DNA from: a virus
Lineage: Duplodnaviria; Caudoviricetes
Reading direction: 5' to 3' (one strand)
Length of the DNA: 37,239 nucleotides
Virus record (IMG/VR): IMGVR_UViG_3300010362_000055
Span: 1 to 37,239 of that record
The notes below the pieces were generated by a model. It was given only the letters and a program-made list of their open reading frames with translations. It was not told the DNA's origin and did no database searches. Positions within the stretch are counted from its first letter, which is position 1, and the number at the start of each line of letters is the position of its first letter. Shown here piece by piece: positions 36,172 to 37,239 of this stretch. A program made the translations under genes and the position numbers.

Positions 36172-36401
36172 GCGAGCTACCGCCCTGGCCCCGTGACCTG
36201 CCGCCGCTCAGCCACGAACCGATGTGCGGCATCGACATCGTGGACGTGGCCTGCGTGGCCATGGGCCTGCCCCGCAGCTACAGCGAGGACCGTGCCACCC
36301 ACATCCTGTGGGAGCACACCCCCTGGCCCATGGGCAGCACCGACCAGGTGTACCGGGCGGTGCTGCGCTACCTGGGTGCGCCGCCCGAGATGCTGGCCTG
36401 A
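36168..36401 (+). CDS. Hypothetical protein
   Basis: ATGA overlap. HILWEHTPWPM. Confidence 0.7.
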   Translation: MSELPPWPRDLPPLSHEPMCGIDIVDVACVAMGLPRSYSEDRATHILWEHTPWPMGSTDQVYRAVLRYLGAPPEMLA

Positions 36402-36441
36402 CACCAAAGCACCAACACCACCGCCGACCAGGGCCAACGCC

Positions 36442-36511
36442 TGGACAGCATGTGCAGCATCGTGCAAGATGTGCCAAGCGGGAGTAGCGGCTGCACCGGG
36501 CGGGGGTGCAG
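36442..36511 (+). promoter_or_regulatory. Candidate late promoter plus leader hairpin
   Basis: TGGACA-N17-CAAGAT, then GCTGCACC...GGTGCAGC stem before the HNH gene. Confidence 0.35.
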
Positions 36512-36527
36512 CAGGTAGGGGGCGGGT

Positions 36528-36857
36528 ATGCCCACAGCACCACCCGGGGTGTGCCCTACACCGGGGTGCCCCCGGCGGGTGCCGGCAGGGGGCAGCTGCC
36601 CCGAGCATGGGCCACGGCGCACCCCCGACCTACGCCCCAGCCCAGCTGCGCGCGGCTACGACTACGCCTGGCGGAAGCTGGCCACAGCGCACATCGCAGC
36701 CCACCCGGAGTGTGCATGGTGCGCAGGCCCTGGCCGTGTCGTCGATCACGTGGTGCCGCTCACCCAAGGCGGCGCACGCCTGGACAAGGCCAACCTTCAG
36801 ACGCTGTGCCAGCGCTGCCACACCCTGAAGACCCAGGCCGAGCATGGCTTGACCTGA
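36528..36857 (+). CDS. HNH endonuclease (HK97 gp74-like packaging cofactor)
   Basis: ARGYDYAW, CAWC, VDHVVPL.QGG...NLQTLCQRCHTLKT. Confidence 0.93.
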   Translation: MPTAPPGVCPTPGCPRRVPAGGSCPEHGPRRTPDLRPSPAARGYDYAWRKLATAHIAAHPECAWCAGPGRVVDHVVPLTQGGARLDKANLQTLCQRCHTLKTQAEHGLT

Positions 36858-37085
36858 GCAGCTTCGCTGCCGGCCTGGTGTGCGGCACCACCATCGGGTT
36901 CCTGCTCGGAGCGCTAGCCGTATTGCTGGTCAACCATTAGGCCGATGAGCCAGCAAGGCCCAGCTGTGTAAGCCGCTGCATGCCACGCAATGAATGAGCC
37001 TGGCGATGCGGCAAAGGCCCAATGGACCTACCCGAGCCGTGCACCACTACCCCAGCGCAGGTAGGCCGCCCGCCGGCCGGCCGCC

Positions 37086-37115
37086 GGCAGTTTCAGGGCG
37101 GGCAGTTTCAGGGCG
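37086..37115. repeat. 15-bp tandem duplication in the post-HNH non-coding region
   Basis: GGCAGTTTCAGGGCG twice. Confidence 0.9.
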
Positions 37116-37239
37116 GGGGCCGCCGTCCAAATAGTCCGCTATTGCTGGATATTCGGACGGACGGACGACGACCGAAGGCGGGGCGGCCCGAGACGGTAGG
37201 GGGCCTTCCGATCGCCAGATGATCCGCTTGGACGACACA

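Noticed and set aside
36854-36940. Hydrophobic mini-ORF LSSFAAGLVCGTTIGFLLGALAVLLVNH
   Set aside because: Looks like a TM peptide but has no nearby ATG/GTG/TTG start, only a CTG overlapping the HNH stop; not supportable.
36941-37030. Possible self-cleaving ribozyme or tRNA
   Set aside because: No intact hammerhead or twister core and no cloverleaf found by eye.

Overview
A near-complete genome of a very GC-rich temperate siphovirus, probably infecting an actinobacterium (inferred from composition, gene families and DnaA-box type). Gene order on the + strand: large terminase, Sm-like protein, HK97 portal, protease and capsid, head/neck genes carrying PKD and carbohydrate-binding-like domains, tail, tape measure with two cell-wall hydrolase domains, lysis cassette, intact attP with a large serine integrase, accessory genes, XRE regulator, exonuclease, gp3-like protein, resolvase, primase-helicase, probable origin, HNH nuclease and probable cos region. 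No small terminase is visible; it is presumably outside the window. Main observations: (1) a capsid C-terminal -1 frameshift extension supplies the first strands of a PKD domain whose remainder is in the next gene; (2) a neck-region protein has one domain nested inside another; (3) GAGCTG/CAGCTC appears absent from the whole window; (4) a 56-bp attP overlaps a probable leaderless integrase promoter; (5) a CAAGTAGG motif is shared between an HTH gene promoter and the origin. All calls are from reading the sequence by eye; no searches were run.
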